Positions 52,201 to 64,000 of a DNA stretch of 64,000 nucleotides are shown here, one piece after another. Each line of letters starts with the position of its first letter. The stretch's first letter is position 1. This DNA comes from Phoronis australis (taxonomy: Eukaryota; Animalia; Phoronida). The notes under the pieces are model-generated. The model searched no databases, had not been told where the DNA came from, and was given only the letters and a program-made list of their open reading frames with translations. The DNA lies in assembly GCA_002633005.1 (NCBI GenBank), contig NMRA01000332.1:197121-261120 (forward strand). The letters run 5' to 3'. The position numbers were made by a program, and so were the translations under genes.

Positions 52201-53926
52201 GATGTGAGAACTTAATCTGGAAATAAGAAATTTCCCGATGTTGCAGAGCCACCCAACTCCTTCTACTAGGGATTGATGACTCATTGGGTCCCACAAACAT
52301 TGCATTGTCCTCTACTGGTGTTCAAAAACAACAACTGCAAGGCCCTGGACCATGATTCAAGAACTTAAATTTGACACCTATGTGTCTATCCAAAGAGGGT
52401 TTCTTGGCATTAACCCAATGCACTCTGCAAAATTTATTTTATAATTCCCAGAAGTTGTGATTTATAATTTTTTCTGCATCTACGTATTCAGTTGTATGGG
52501 TAATAATGTCCATCGTCTAATTATTCTAATTAGGTCAAAATTACAAACCTCAAATTGGAATAAAACTAATTTATGGTGATAAATCCTCCAGTTGAATTAT
52601 ATGTAACTTCGTTCAGTTCATGCTGTTAGCATGCCTGTTAAACCATGTTCAAAGATGGTGCCACTGCATGTGGCTTTGAATATCCAAACTGAAGGGTAGT
52701 CGGTATGCCATTCTTGAATCCAAGCAGGGTTGGAAGTCTTTGGTAGGATTTAGGGTCGCAGGTATTGTATACACGTTGAAGTTACGATCGCATTAAGACA
52801 TTTATCTGCAAAAATGATAGCAGTAAATTAGTAAAACTGTGTAGAAATCAAACCTATGAAAAGCACTGATTCACTAAGAACATGTTATTATTTCAACTGG
52901 CAATTATTTTTTCAAGTGGCATTCCACATTTTGAGTTTTTCATTAAATCGTGATTCAACGTTAGTCAAAATGCTTATGCAAAACTAGTTGAAACTACAAA
53001 GGAGAATTACAGCTAAAATTTTCCTTGGCACAAAACTACATTATAGAATTTTGACGTTAGTCAAACAACACATTGGAGTATTCTGACTAACTGACGTTAG
53101 TTCGAAGCAAAAAAAGCTTTCAATCACTTAGTATTAATTAGTTTGACCATTTTCAACTAGTTTTGCATAAGCATTTTGACTAACGTTGAATCACGATTTA
53201 ATGAAAAACTCAAAATGTGGAATGCCACTTGAAAAAATAATTGCCAGTTGAAATAATAACATGTTTAAGATCATTTGGCATTTTACTGTTCACTTTTCAT
53301 TCCATCATGACCGTTCATGATTCCATAAGTTCCCAATAGAATGTGATTTTGTTAGTACCAACACCCTCAAATAGAATGTGATTTTGTTAGTACCAACACT
53401 CTCAACAAGTATTTTGCTCCCACACTGGGAATTTTTTCTGGTTTATGTCCATTTCTCAGAATCTGGAATTTTTTTCTATGGATTTTCAGCTCTGAACTGA
53501 TATGGCTGCTGAATTGTAGCATTTCCACTTCTGTTCACATGTAACGTGTGAGAAAAAACATTGAGTGTGTTCTTGTGGTGTTTTGTTTGAACTGGTCTGG
53601 TATTGAAAATTGAGTCATACGCAGCGTTAAATTATTATATGCTCAACTTGTGTTGTATCATAACTCTGATGCATTTCTGTTATGCACTTTATAGGTGTGC
53701 CAATCCATCTTCAGGCAACCCGAGTTTAACACAAGCCCGTCATAGAGTCTGTCTGGTGAACTGTCTGACCGCATTAGAGGAGTATATGCACGTGCAAGAG
53801 GCAGACATAGTGATTGGTGCTCAAGAGCTCAGAAAAGGTCTTCGTCAGCTTGGCAAGATAACTGGAAAAATAACAACTGAAGAGATACTAGACGTTATAT
53901 TTAAAGACTTTTGTATTGGCAAATAA
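46287..53926 (+). CDS. GTPBP3: Mitochondrial tRNA modification GTPase (MnmE/TrmE/MSS1 ortholog), 8 exons, about 545 aa
   Basis: Exons 46287-46722, 47054-47189, 47663-47816, 49134-49206, 49759-49902, 50514-50679, 51824-52120, 53695-53926 (1638 nt, consistent phases). Motifs: [59 protein letters not shown]-loop [22 protein letters not shown], terminal FCIGK*. Arg-rich N-terminus consistent with a mitochondrial presequence. Confidence 0.95.
50203..50251. other. Assembly gap (49 N)
   Basis: Run of n adjacent to a poly-G tract. Confidence 0.99.
50252..50384 (-). mobile_element. GC-rich MITE, inverted relative of 61083-61234 (one end lost in the gap)
   Basis: caaatggaatctgggaaaatttttaggggggccat...taaatccacc resembles the reverse complement of gcggatttag..ccccctaaaattctcctagattccatttg. 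Confidence 0.6.
52879..53265. mobile_element. MITE with perfect 115-bp terminal inverted repeats and a possible 4-bp TSD (TAAG)
   Basis: 52879-52993 is the reverse complement of 53151-53265; taag at 52875-52878 and 53266-53269. Confidence 0.8.
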
Positions 53927-54158
53927 CCATTGATGCATTGACGCTTGAAAACGTCATAATCTTCTTTTACGCAAAAGAAGCTGGTTATTAATAAGTAGAG
54001 GAAATTAAACAACTTGAACATTCTTAAAGAGGCACCCTCCATCTTAATTTGTTCTCGTGCCTCCCTTGTCTTTCTGATGACGTCATGTAGCGTCCAACAA
54101 GAATTCATAAGGGCACAGTTCTTGCATATTAATTAGATTATTAACATGACTTAATTTA

Positions 54159-54164
54159 AATAAA
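54159..54164 (+). terminator. Candidate polyadenylation signal for GTPBP3
   Basis: AATAAA about 230 nt after the stop, followed by GT-rich sequence. Confidence 0.4.
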
Positions 54165-55210
54165 TGAGTTGGAAATGGATTTTGTCGTGGGTTGAATCTT
54201 CATTGTTGACTCTCACCGCTGTCTGTAACTTGGATTTCAGCTATGTGTTTCAGTGTGTGTGTGCGGTGTGAAAAAGATGCTATTTACCAGATTAACTGCC
54301 AGACATTAGGCATGCGTACTAAGATTTTTGGGACATGCCTCTCCCGGGAATGTCACTGAAAGGGTTTAGCACACCCTTCCTTGAGGAATCCCCATTGAAC
54401 ACTCGCACGTCATTTGAGTCGTGTGACATTGGCATTATTCTTGTGGTTGGTTGGTGGGTTTGTATGCGGTAATCAACAGACAAGACCTTTCAACCAATTG
54501 ACGTACTTGCTTGCATGTGATTAGGAGGAAGTTTTTAAATTTTGAAGAAATGCTGAATTTAGAAGTCATTTCCATTCTAAAACGGCAGATTTTTACCACG
54601 TTTCGAAGCAGACGATATATTTTTCGGCCAAAAAATCAACTTGACCTGTACTCGTCTTGCCATCACCAGTATATAGGCCTATGTATCCAATGTATACCAG
54701 ATGCCGCGGGGTTAGAATTTAATATCAATTTTCTTTTTTCGAAAATGTTTCGAATGTTTATATCCAATACAGAAGAGACACTAGCGGTTTGGGTTTAATT
54801 CCTTCATTCTCGTAATCGACATTAGAGATATCTGTTGGTGTACTCGTTGTATATTTAATGGAGAAGAGACGCTACGGGTTCGAATTTCAATTCGATTTTT
54901 CTCTTTTCCAAATTAAACGCTTCGTTTGAGTTCCCATGTTTTCGGGACGCTTCATTAAAAAATAAAATGAATTCCTTTACTCCAGTAAACACCTCCCAGA
55001 AGTGATTTTTTCTTCATCATAATGAGGATAACTGAATCCGGGAAATAATCCGGGTTTCGTTAAGATGACGCAGACGATATTGTTCCTGACAAAAAAAAAN
55101 TCTATTTGAGGGTGTTGGTACTAACAAAATCACATTCTATTGGGAACTTATGGAATCATGAACGGTCATGATGGAATGAAAAGTGAACAGTAAAATGCCA
55201 AATGATCTTA

Positions 55211-57427
55211 AACATGTTATTATTTCAACTGGCAATTATTTTTTCAAGTGGCATTCCACATTTTGAGTTTTTCATTAAATCGTGATTCAACGTTAGTCAA
55301 AATGCTTATGCAAAACTAGTTGAAACTACAAAGGAGAATTACAGCTAAAATTTTCCTTGGCACAAAACTACATTATAGAATTTTGACGTTAGTCAAACAA
55401 CACATTGGAGTATTCTGACTAACTGACGTTAGTTCGAAGCAAAAAAAGCTTTCAATCACTTAGTATTAATTAGTTTGACCATTTTCAACTAGTTTTGCAT
55501 AAGCATTTTGACTAACGTTGAATCACGATTTAATGAAAAACTCAAAATGTGGAATGCCACTTGAAAAAATAATTGCCAGTTGAAATAATAACATGTTTAA
55601 GATCATTTGGCATTTTACTGTTCACTTTTCATTCCATCATGACCGTTCATGATTCCATAAGTTCCCAATAGAATGTGATTTTGTTAGTACCAACACCCTC
55701 AAATAGAATGTGATTTTGTTAGTACCAACACTCTCAACAAGTATTTTGCTCCCACACTGGGAATTTTTTCTGGTTTATGTCCATTTCTCAGAATCTGGAA
55801 TTTTTTTCTATGGATTTTCAGCTCTGAACTGATATGGCTGCTGAATTGTAGCATTTCCACTTCTGTTCACATGTAACGTGTGAGAAAAAACATTGAGTGT
55901 GTTCTTGTGGTGTTTTGTTTGAACTGGTCTGGTATTGAAAATTGAGTCATACGCAGCGTTAAATTATTATATGCTCAACTTGTGTTGTATCATAACTCTG
56001 ATGCATTTCTGTTATGCACTTTATAGGTGTGCCAATCCATCTTCAGGCAACCCGAGTTTAACACAAGCCCGTCATAGAGTCTGTCTGGTGAACTGTCTGA
56101 CCGCATTAGAGGAGTATATGCACGTGCAAGAGGCAGACATAGTGATTGGTGCTCAAGAGCTCAGAAAAGGTCTTCGTCAGCTTGGCAAGATAACTGGAAA
56201 AATAACAACTGAAGAGATACTAGACGTTATATTTAAAGACTTTTGTATTGGCAAATAACCATTGATGCATTGACGCTTGAAAACGTCATAATCTTCTTTT
56301 ACGCAAAAGAAGCTGGTTATTAATAAGTAGAGGAAATTAAACAACTTGAACATTCTTAAAGAGGCACCCTCCATCTTAATTTGTTCTCGTGCCTCCCTTG
56401 TCTTTCTGATGACGTCATGTAGCGTCCAACAAGAATTCATAAGGGCACAGTTCTTGCATATTAATTAGATTATTAACATGACTTAATTTAAATAAATGAG
56501 TTGGAAATGGATTTTGTCGTGGGTTGAATCTTCATTGTTGACTCTCACCGCTGTCTGTAACTTGGATTTCAGCTATGTGTTTCAGTGTGTGTGTGCGGTG
56601 TGAAAAAGATGCTATTTACCAGATTAACTGCCAGACATTAGGCATGCGTACTAAGATTTTTGGGACATGCCTCTCCCGGGACTGTCACTGAAAGGGTTTA
56701 GCACACCCTTCCTTGAGGAATCCCCATTGAACACTCGCACGTCATTTGAGTCGTGTGACATTGGCATTATTCTTGTGGTTGGTTGGTGGGTTTGTATGCG
56801 GTAATCAACAGACAAGACCTCTCAACCAATTGACGTACTTGCTTGCATGTGATAAGGAAGAAGTTTTAAAATTTTGAAGAAATGCTGAATTTAGAAGTCA
56901 TTTCCATTCTAAAACGACAGATTTTTACCACGTTTCCAAGCAGACGATATATTTTTCGGCCAAAAAATCAACTTGACCTGTACTCGTCTTGCCATCACCA
57001 GTATGTAGGCCTATGTATCCAATGTATACCAGATGCCGCGGGGTTAGAATTTAATATCAATTTTCTTTTTTCGAAAATGTTTCGAATGTTTATATCCAAT
57101 ACAGAAGAGACACTAGCGGTTTGGGTTTAATTCCTTCATTCTCGTAATCGACGAGATATCTGTTGGTGTACTCGTTGTATATTTAATGGAGAATAGACGC
57201 TACGGGTTCGAATTTCAATTCGATTTTTCTCTTTTCCAAATTAAACGCTTCGTTTGAGTTCCCATGTTTTCGGGACGCTTCATTAAAAAATAAAATGAAT
57301 TCCTTTACTCCAGTAAACATCTCCCAGAAGTGATTTTTTCTTCATCATAATGAGGATAACTGAATCCGGGAAATAATCCGGGTTTCGTTAAGATGACGCA
57401 GACGATATTGTTCCTGACAAAAAAAAA
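55211..57427 (+). repeat. ~2.2 kb near-identical direct duplicate of 52879-55099, including the last GTPBP3 exon (copy at 56027-56258)
   Basis: Offset 2332 bp; only a few SNPs and a 4-bp indel. A single N at 55100 lies between the copies. Confidence 0.9.
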
Positions 57428-59740
57428 TATTTCAACTTCAACGTGTACTCATCTTACCATCATCGGTTTAATGAATAAGAAACGCTAACGGTTCTAGTTT
57501 AAATTCACAATTTTCTGTTTTAGAAAACTCTTCGTTAAAAATTAAATTCAAATACTCCTGTAGTTGACGTCAGTTTCCCGTTTTTCTTTTGATGCACTTA
57601 CATTGCCATCTCAAGTTGAATTTTACAGTTATGTTATTCAGTATTAGACGCCAGGGGAATGGTCTATATACCTGAGAGACATGTTCTAGTTTTAGCGAAC
57701 GAACGATTTTTCTCCAGTACTCAAATTCATTTATGAAACCTAGCAAATGCGGTGTATCCATGTTGATTGCGAGTGGCGTGAAGACTGACTGATTTGACGA
57801 TGAGTAGTCGATGATTAGGAGTAGCCAAGCGCCAGGTCTGCTTCGCAATTTTATTTATCTTTTTTAAGAAATCTTTAATACAATGAATACCTATAACCCA
57901 GAAAGCGCCAAGAGGCATTATATCTGGGTTAAATACATACATAGAAATCTATATGCAATTATTATTCACAAATACATAAATTAAAAAATGATGTTAAGAT
58001 TGCATTGACATGTGATTACGAATGTAAATAAATCATTTTCATACACATGTATACAGTTCTATCCACTCACACAAAGAGATTTAATATTATAAAGAAATTT
58101 TGATGCTATTTCGAATAAAGCCTTATTTTCATTTGGGTTGAGTTATGGACATCTATATAGAAAAAATAATTTTGTTGTACAATTGCGGAATTTCACAATA
58201 TTTTTGTAAACATTGGGGTATTGTTCGAGTGTATGGAAAAGCTGCATACACTACAAACAAAGAAAACATGGCCATTTGTCTGGGTGTCTCCACAGGAACA
58301 TAGAGGCGAAATATTATTAAAATTGTGTCTAAATTTCTCGTTGTTTAGGAATAGACCGCATCTTGATCTGTATAGAATTATTCCATTGTTGTGAGGAAGT
58401 TGGAATGATGTCAGTGGGACTGGTTTTGAGTAGTGGTATGCATTTTAAAGTTATTTTTGAGAGTAACGATTGAAGTGCGTTCTTTTATTTTGGATGGTAA
58501 GGAATACTAGTTGTCAGTGCAAGTTAATATCGTAGATCTCCTGAAGGCTTGGCTGAGGGAACATGGAATAGTGTATATGTTGGAAGCGACCGCGTGGGTA
58601 CAGATCTTGCAAATATTCAAACGAGAACTTTAAAGACAGCGTTTAAGAAAATTCAGAACTGTGATCCGACAAACTACGGTTACTCCTTGAAGCAATACTC
58701 AAACGCCTTTCCGAAACGAGTCTCTACCAAAGATACTATAAAATCTTTGTCTCTACCATGAGCAACTAAAACGTTTTCGCCCTGCTTATAACTTGGTAAG
58801 CATGACTGGCTGTTGCCATTTAGCCGGGTGTGAACCAAACAGACTACAGATCTCCAAGTCATGAATACTGTACTTTGCTATCAATTCGGTTTCATGGGCT
58901 GAACCACGTCTGCTGACTTAGCCACGTCCACACCAAATACAGCCAGGACAGCTCTTACTAGCTGGAATCTCCCCTCTTTTCGGGTAGCCATGTTGGCTCA
59001 TTAGGGATTAGTTTTGTCGACGTGGTACGTGTACTAAAATGACAACCGATATATTATCAGACTCCTATGGTACTCCCGATGTGACCCTTTAACCACACCT
59101 CGGCGCCGGCCGACCGGACCATCTTTTTGACAGTACAAATAGACGTACAAATTGATGACACAAACCCCCCAGCGGCGGTCGCTACTTTCCCAATCCCACC
59201 AGTCCTTTCCGAATGTACCGTAGTTTCCATATTCCACTGCTCAATTGTTTTTTGTCTTTTAGTTCGAACTTTCATTAATCGTTATCGGAATACATGAACT
59301 AATACGCCCTTGTGAGCCGGTGCCTAACTACTGAGAGATATAGGGGCCTCAACTGCACAAATAAATTGCCAAGAATGATTGAGTACTTGAAACCTCTCAA
59401 TAAGGCTCTCGGCTGTACATAAAGAATGGAGAGAAAAAAATGTTATTGTTGAAGACATGACAGCTGGAATGGCTTAAAATTTCACACCTAGACCAGACCA
59501 GGTCTGCAAAACCACTCACTGCAGGTCGATCCCAGCTGGTCGACACTGATCCCCGCTAAGACTACACCTGTACAACCATAGATTAAACACTATAATATTT
59601 AATTTATGCTAAAACAAAGTTGGAGATTAATTAAATGGCAGTTTGCGCAACAAGTTTAACTCTTATATAATTTATAGGGATGACATGCAGAAGTGTCTCC
59701 AATGAGTGGCTGCAACTCCAAGAAACCCTAGTAGCAAAAA

Positions 59741-59804
59741 GCCACGCCCCCTTCAAAAAAGCTTCTTTGCCGCCAGGTGTCGACGCTTTAGCTGACACTT
59801 CCGC
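59741..59804 (+). promoter_or_regulatory. Candidate promoter of the RIMOC1 homolog
   Basis: SP/KLF box gccacgcccc (59741-59750) and ETS-like cacttccgc (59796-59804) just upstream of the ATG at 59815. Confidence 0.45.
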
Positions 59805-59814
59805 TAGAGCGTCA

Positions 59815-62800
59815 ATGATGGTTTTCGAAGATACGGTACGAGAGATTCTCTCGTCGGTGTTGCTCGGTTTGAATAATTTACCAGACAGTAAGTGCTTGTT
59901 ATCAGAGGTTAGAAACTAAAATTCTAAATTTTTGTCCATTCTCGGTTGCAGCAAAACAGATTATGGTCAGCATAACACATAGGCCTAATAGTATACTGGA
60001 TGTAAATCTGGTAAAAAGGGTACCGATGACAATTGCAGCCATCGTCTATGGCAGTGTCAATGGTGGTCAATCTTTAGCCAGTAAATTAAAGCACCAAAAA
60101 GACCTACGATTTTAGCAGCTGGAGTCGAACAGCAAATGCGCAGTTTAAATTGTTTGGTCGAATGATGTCTACTGTACTACTGTCAGATTGGGTGACAGGG
60201 GACTTTGAACACTCAGTACGACAGTAGGTCTGCCGTATCACGCTCAGTGCAGCGTTGCCTAGCTGCAGCTGCGACGACCAGGGGGGATTGGGGTGGGGGT
60301 ATTCCAAAAGGTAATACAGGTTGTGCATGCTGCACGGTGCCTTTTCTGACAGAATTTCCTTCATTAGTCATTAGTGTAATTTCAAAGCTCAATTTCTACA
60401 CCTCATGATCCATGGTGGGACCGTAAATTATTATTGGGATGTTTTCAGAAGCTATACATGGTAATTGGTGTCTGTTAATTAAGTGGAATGTATCAAAGAA
60501 CTCCTGCTCATTTCCTGGCATTTTTTCTTGTGCTGCATCAGTCTTAAGTCTAAGGGATTACACCTGTCCTCTATCCATATGAAAAACCTACTAGTACTAG
60601 TAGGCTTTGAAATTATCCAAAGGCAAAGCATGGTATTGTTGTAAGATAATTAAAAATGTTCACTCTGCATTTCTTATTTTGAATTCATGCATTCATTTAT
60701 GCTTGGCTTACTTGAATGCATATTGTAAACTACCGTTTTGTATGAAAAACAAAAATTAGTATATCCTAGGAAACTCATGGAAAATACCGGCAAAATATCC
60801 ATGGTAACCACAAACAACAATTTACCACTATGTGTTAATTAGATATAGCAAATACATAGACACTTAGGTTGGCAAATAGTGAAATATAACAAATAAACAA
60901 CACAGAAAAATCAGAAATCCCAACTGGTAATCGAACCACAGGTCTCGATCTAGATTGCGATTCTAGTGCACTTACCACAAACAATTAAGTTCACTATCCT
61001 AGCTTCCACTGAAGTATGAAGGACTCGCGAATCTGTGGAGGATTCTCTAACTATAGGCAGAGATGCTCGCTGGGTGTCCCATCAGTGGCGGATTTAGAGG
61101 GGGGCCATGCCCCCCCTAAAATTCTCCTAGATTCCATTTGGCAGTATGGGGGTGCAAATGTCTGACTGTCAAAATTCTGGCTAATATTCTGCCCTGGCCC
61201 CCCCCCCCAACTCAAAATCCTGGATCCGCCCCTGCCCATATTCAAGCTTCATTACTTACGATCTGTATTTGGTCAGGTGTTCATGCGCAGAAAACAAGGG
61301 AATTGTGTCAGAAAGTTGGTGACATCGTAAAGGTTGATGAAGGACAGCTGAAGGGGAAAACAAAGGAGTGGTTACTTTCACATATTACTAAGGTGAATAT
61401 ATGGCATTGCTGTCGCAGTGCTCTGTACTTTGATTCATGGCTCAGTATAAGGATGCTGGATGACTGCTGAGATTATCTGATTTGAGTTATAGTAATAAAG
61501 AGGAATTTTCCTAAAAGAGTAGCAATATCGTGATACGATTGCTGATCATTCCCTATCACCAAACATTCGATATGTTGTAGAGGATTAAATCCCTTTAGAA
61601 TATAAATATTCAACTATAAATGGGATTAGTTTGGAATTATTATTAATGTTTGTTTCTGTATCAAGACTATTCATGTTTTTTGTTGACAAATTAGCTTGGC
61701 TCTTGGATTAAGGAATCTGTCTGCCAGATTCAGCAGATCCTAATGCATTATAACCAAGGCTGTGTTTTTTCAATTGATCGGGAATATTTTACAGATTATA
61801 TTGGACTACACCTTTTGCAAAGAAAATGTGTTGACCGATGAAGACTTTTCCTCCCCTTCTGCAGAAAAAGATATTCTAGAAATCATTGGTAGGTAATATT
61901 TACAGAAAGTTATAATTAAAAACTTTTGCAGAAACTTAATGCGATTTTCCCCTGACGTTGCAGAGCTCACCTGGCTCCTGGGAATCGATCGTGGTGATTA
62001 AATTGTTGTGTCACCATTTGCCGGTGTTCTAGACATCAAGGGGATTACAATTGCGCTCCGCTGTCATGGCTGGGAAATCCATGTCATTTTGACCTATTAT
62101 TTTTGGCCTATACTGTACTTTATGAGGAGTTGTGCTGTACAAGACCATGAACAAAACTGCAGCATGGGTGATAATCATAATGTTGTGAGCCATTTCTTTT
62201 TTCGGATTTCATAAGCATTGGTTAAGCATTGAAATTGGGTGTGATTTGACTGTAGCATGAGGTAGGACAGCTTAGCATTTACAGGTTTGGTCAGATAGTC
62301 ACGCTGGTGTAGTGGAACTCAATACCGGATCAACCTGCCACCTGCAGAGGTGTTAATCATACAGTTATGTCTAATTTGGAGTTATGCGGAAGATGACAAA
62401 TTATGCGTATAGGTTTATCAATTTCTGTTTCTGTCACACACCAGTCATCTGGTCACATAGACAGTTGCGCTGTGTTAAGATGGAACAAATTTGCCCCACT
62501 ACAGCAAGTTGATTTAGATCAAAGTGTGGTCATGTGGTCAGTTGTTCTGTGGTAAGTTGATCGCATGTCGAGAAACTAATGCAAGTGCCGGTCGCACTGC
62601 AGCTAAATCACTCCTTCACAGCATGGGTTACTTAAAATGCTTTTTTGGTTTGTGTTTTCCATTTTATTCAACTGTGCCTCTAAATTCCAGCTGTGATACC
62701 AGGACCACCAAATACCAATCCTGAAATATAAAGCTTCTGACCTGTGCCCCTAAACTCCTTATGCTGGTGGTGAAAATGCTCTTTACATGGGCATAAAGCT

Positions 62801-63397
62801 TCAGTACTGGTATTCAAATTGAGGTTTGGGGCTCGAATTCCAAACGCAATCCTCTCTTACTTGAGATCTGTTAATGGTATTGGCTTTGTTTAGAAATTAT
62901 TTTGCTGCACATGTGACATGCTGGTTTAAATTTTATTTGAATTTTTTAGAGTTGCTGTCCATTCCTGAGAAGTTAGCTAATGAAGTCTCTGGAAGTTGTG
63001 AGGTAAACTGAACTTTACTTCAAGGGTATGTAAAGCAGCAGTCGCACTTGCACTTTCATTCATGTTCTAATGCCCTGTTCTCACTATTGTTGCAGAACTG
63101 TTTAATATGTATCTAGCCTTCTTCTGACCCTCTAAGTGTTGCCACAAGTTGATGAAGCTGTCTAAAGTTGGATTGTTATAACTTAAGCACAATAAGACTG
63201 TGTATTTGGCTGCCTCATTTGGTGTAATGTTTCACTTTCTATTTGTCGCTTACTCTCATTCCTGTTTGCAGAATACTTTAGATGAAGAGCTGTTGGAATG
63301 TTTATATTGGAGGCGAGGGGCCTTGCTCTATATGTACTGTTGTACTTTAACTCAAGATGGGTTGGACTCTATAGGCAACAAAGCACAATTTTCAAAT
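59815..63397 (+). CDS. RIMOC1: RAB7A-interacting MON1-CCZ1 complex subunit 1 (C5orf51/UPF0600) homolog, first 5 exons, 3'-partial
   Basis: Exons 59815-59887, 61277-61392, 61795-61888, 62950-63002, 63272-63397 in consistent phase. IILDYTFCKENVLTDEDF and ELLECLYWRRGALLYMYC match recalled C5orf51 motifs (ILDxTxFxENxLVDExF; ELLECLxWRRGALLYMYC). The start codon is uncertain (in-frame ATG also at 59680). Confidence 0.8.
60918..60978 (-). repeat. Degenerate tRNA-like/SINE head
   Basis: Reverse complement gtggtaagtgcactag...tggttcgattaccagttggg has A-box- and B-box-like motifs. Confidence 0.3.
61083..61234. mobile_element. 152-bp MITE with hAT-like termini and a 5-bp TSD (CCCAT)
   Basis: cagtggcggat...atccgcccctg termini; cccat at 61078-61082 and 61235-61239. 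Confidence 0.75.
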
Positions 63398-64000
63398 GTA
63401 AGTAACCACTGAATTCAGGTGCGTCACAGCGTCAGTCTGGGTGTCTGTGTTGACCATTCACGAACCTGTCCTTCTGCAGTTGTTAAATATTTTTCAACTA
63501 CCTCAGAATTGCACTTACTCTGTTTTGATGTATGCCCACATTGTCATGAAGCCTATCCACAGTTGTGACCCGGTGTTCCCAAAACAATGAAATAGAAGAT
63601 AACTGGTTGTCATTACAATTTTATTTGCACTATTGAGCTGCAGTGGCCATGTGCTAAAAGGTTAATAGTTACTTATAATAGCAATTTCACTGACTTTCTT
63701 TATCATAACACAATTGAACATTTGCTATTAATAATGGTTGTTTATAGTGATTGAAATATATCGATCAAAGTTTGATTTTTAATACTATAGCACTTATTAA
63801 TAGATATTATGTTTCTTGTGATCTCATTTTTGGTGGATGGATGCAAGTAACATTTAAACTTGCAGTCCAAGACTTTACATGGGAACCAGTCACACATACG
63901 AATCCCTGCTCAAACCACTGAATAGTACGACGAACCACATCATATGTACCAACCACAGAATTAAGTAACTTTCTTTCACATGGTGTATACCAACAAGTCG

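Noticed and set aside
55935-56258. Second GTPBP3 paralog
   Set aside because: Only the last exon is repeated, within a near-identical block at an N join; this is not an independent gene.

Overview
AT-rich, intron-rich animal genomic DNA (marine invertebrate-like; species not determinable), not prokaryotic. Three spliced host genes were reconstructed by hand from GT-AG boundaries. (1) DNAI3/WDR63, an axonemal dynein intermediate chain, on the minus strand: 23 coding exons, 15766-41424, about 961 aa. (2) GTPBP3/MnmE, the mitochondrial tRNA-modification GTPase, on the plus strand and head-to-head with DNAI3: 8 exons, 46287-53926, about 545 aa. (3) The 5' part of a RIMOC1/C5orf51 homolog from 59815, running off the window. 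The rest is transposon-rich: a decayed hAT transposase, Harbinger remnants, L1/Tx1, I-group (RNase H) and Penelope retroelement fragments, Helentron-associated-type elements, MITEs and minisatellites. Two near-identical duplications abut single-N joins and are probably haplotype or assembly overlaps. The most notable observations are: (a) the hAT transposase is spliced in frame to an N-terminal OTU/vertnin-like cysteine-protease domain whose catalytic Cys (GDGNCLF) lies in an exon the ORF track missed; (b) a Helentron-type non-autonomous element carries 8 co-oriented CTCF-like motifs spaced 115-147 bp apart; (c) GC-rich mini-MITEs have 5-bp target-site duplications.
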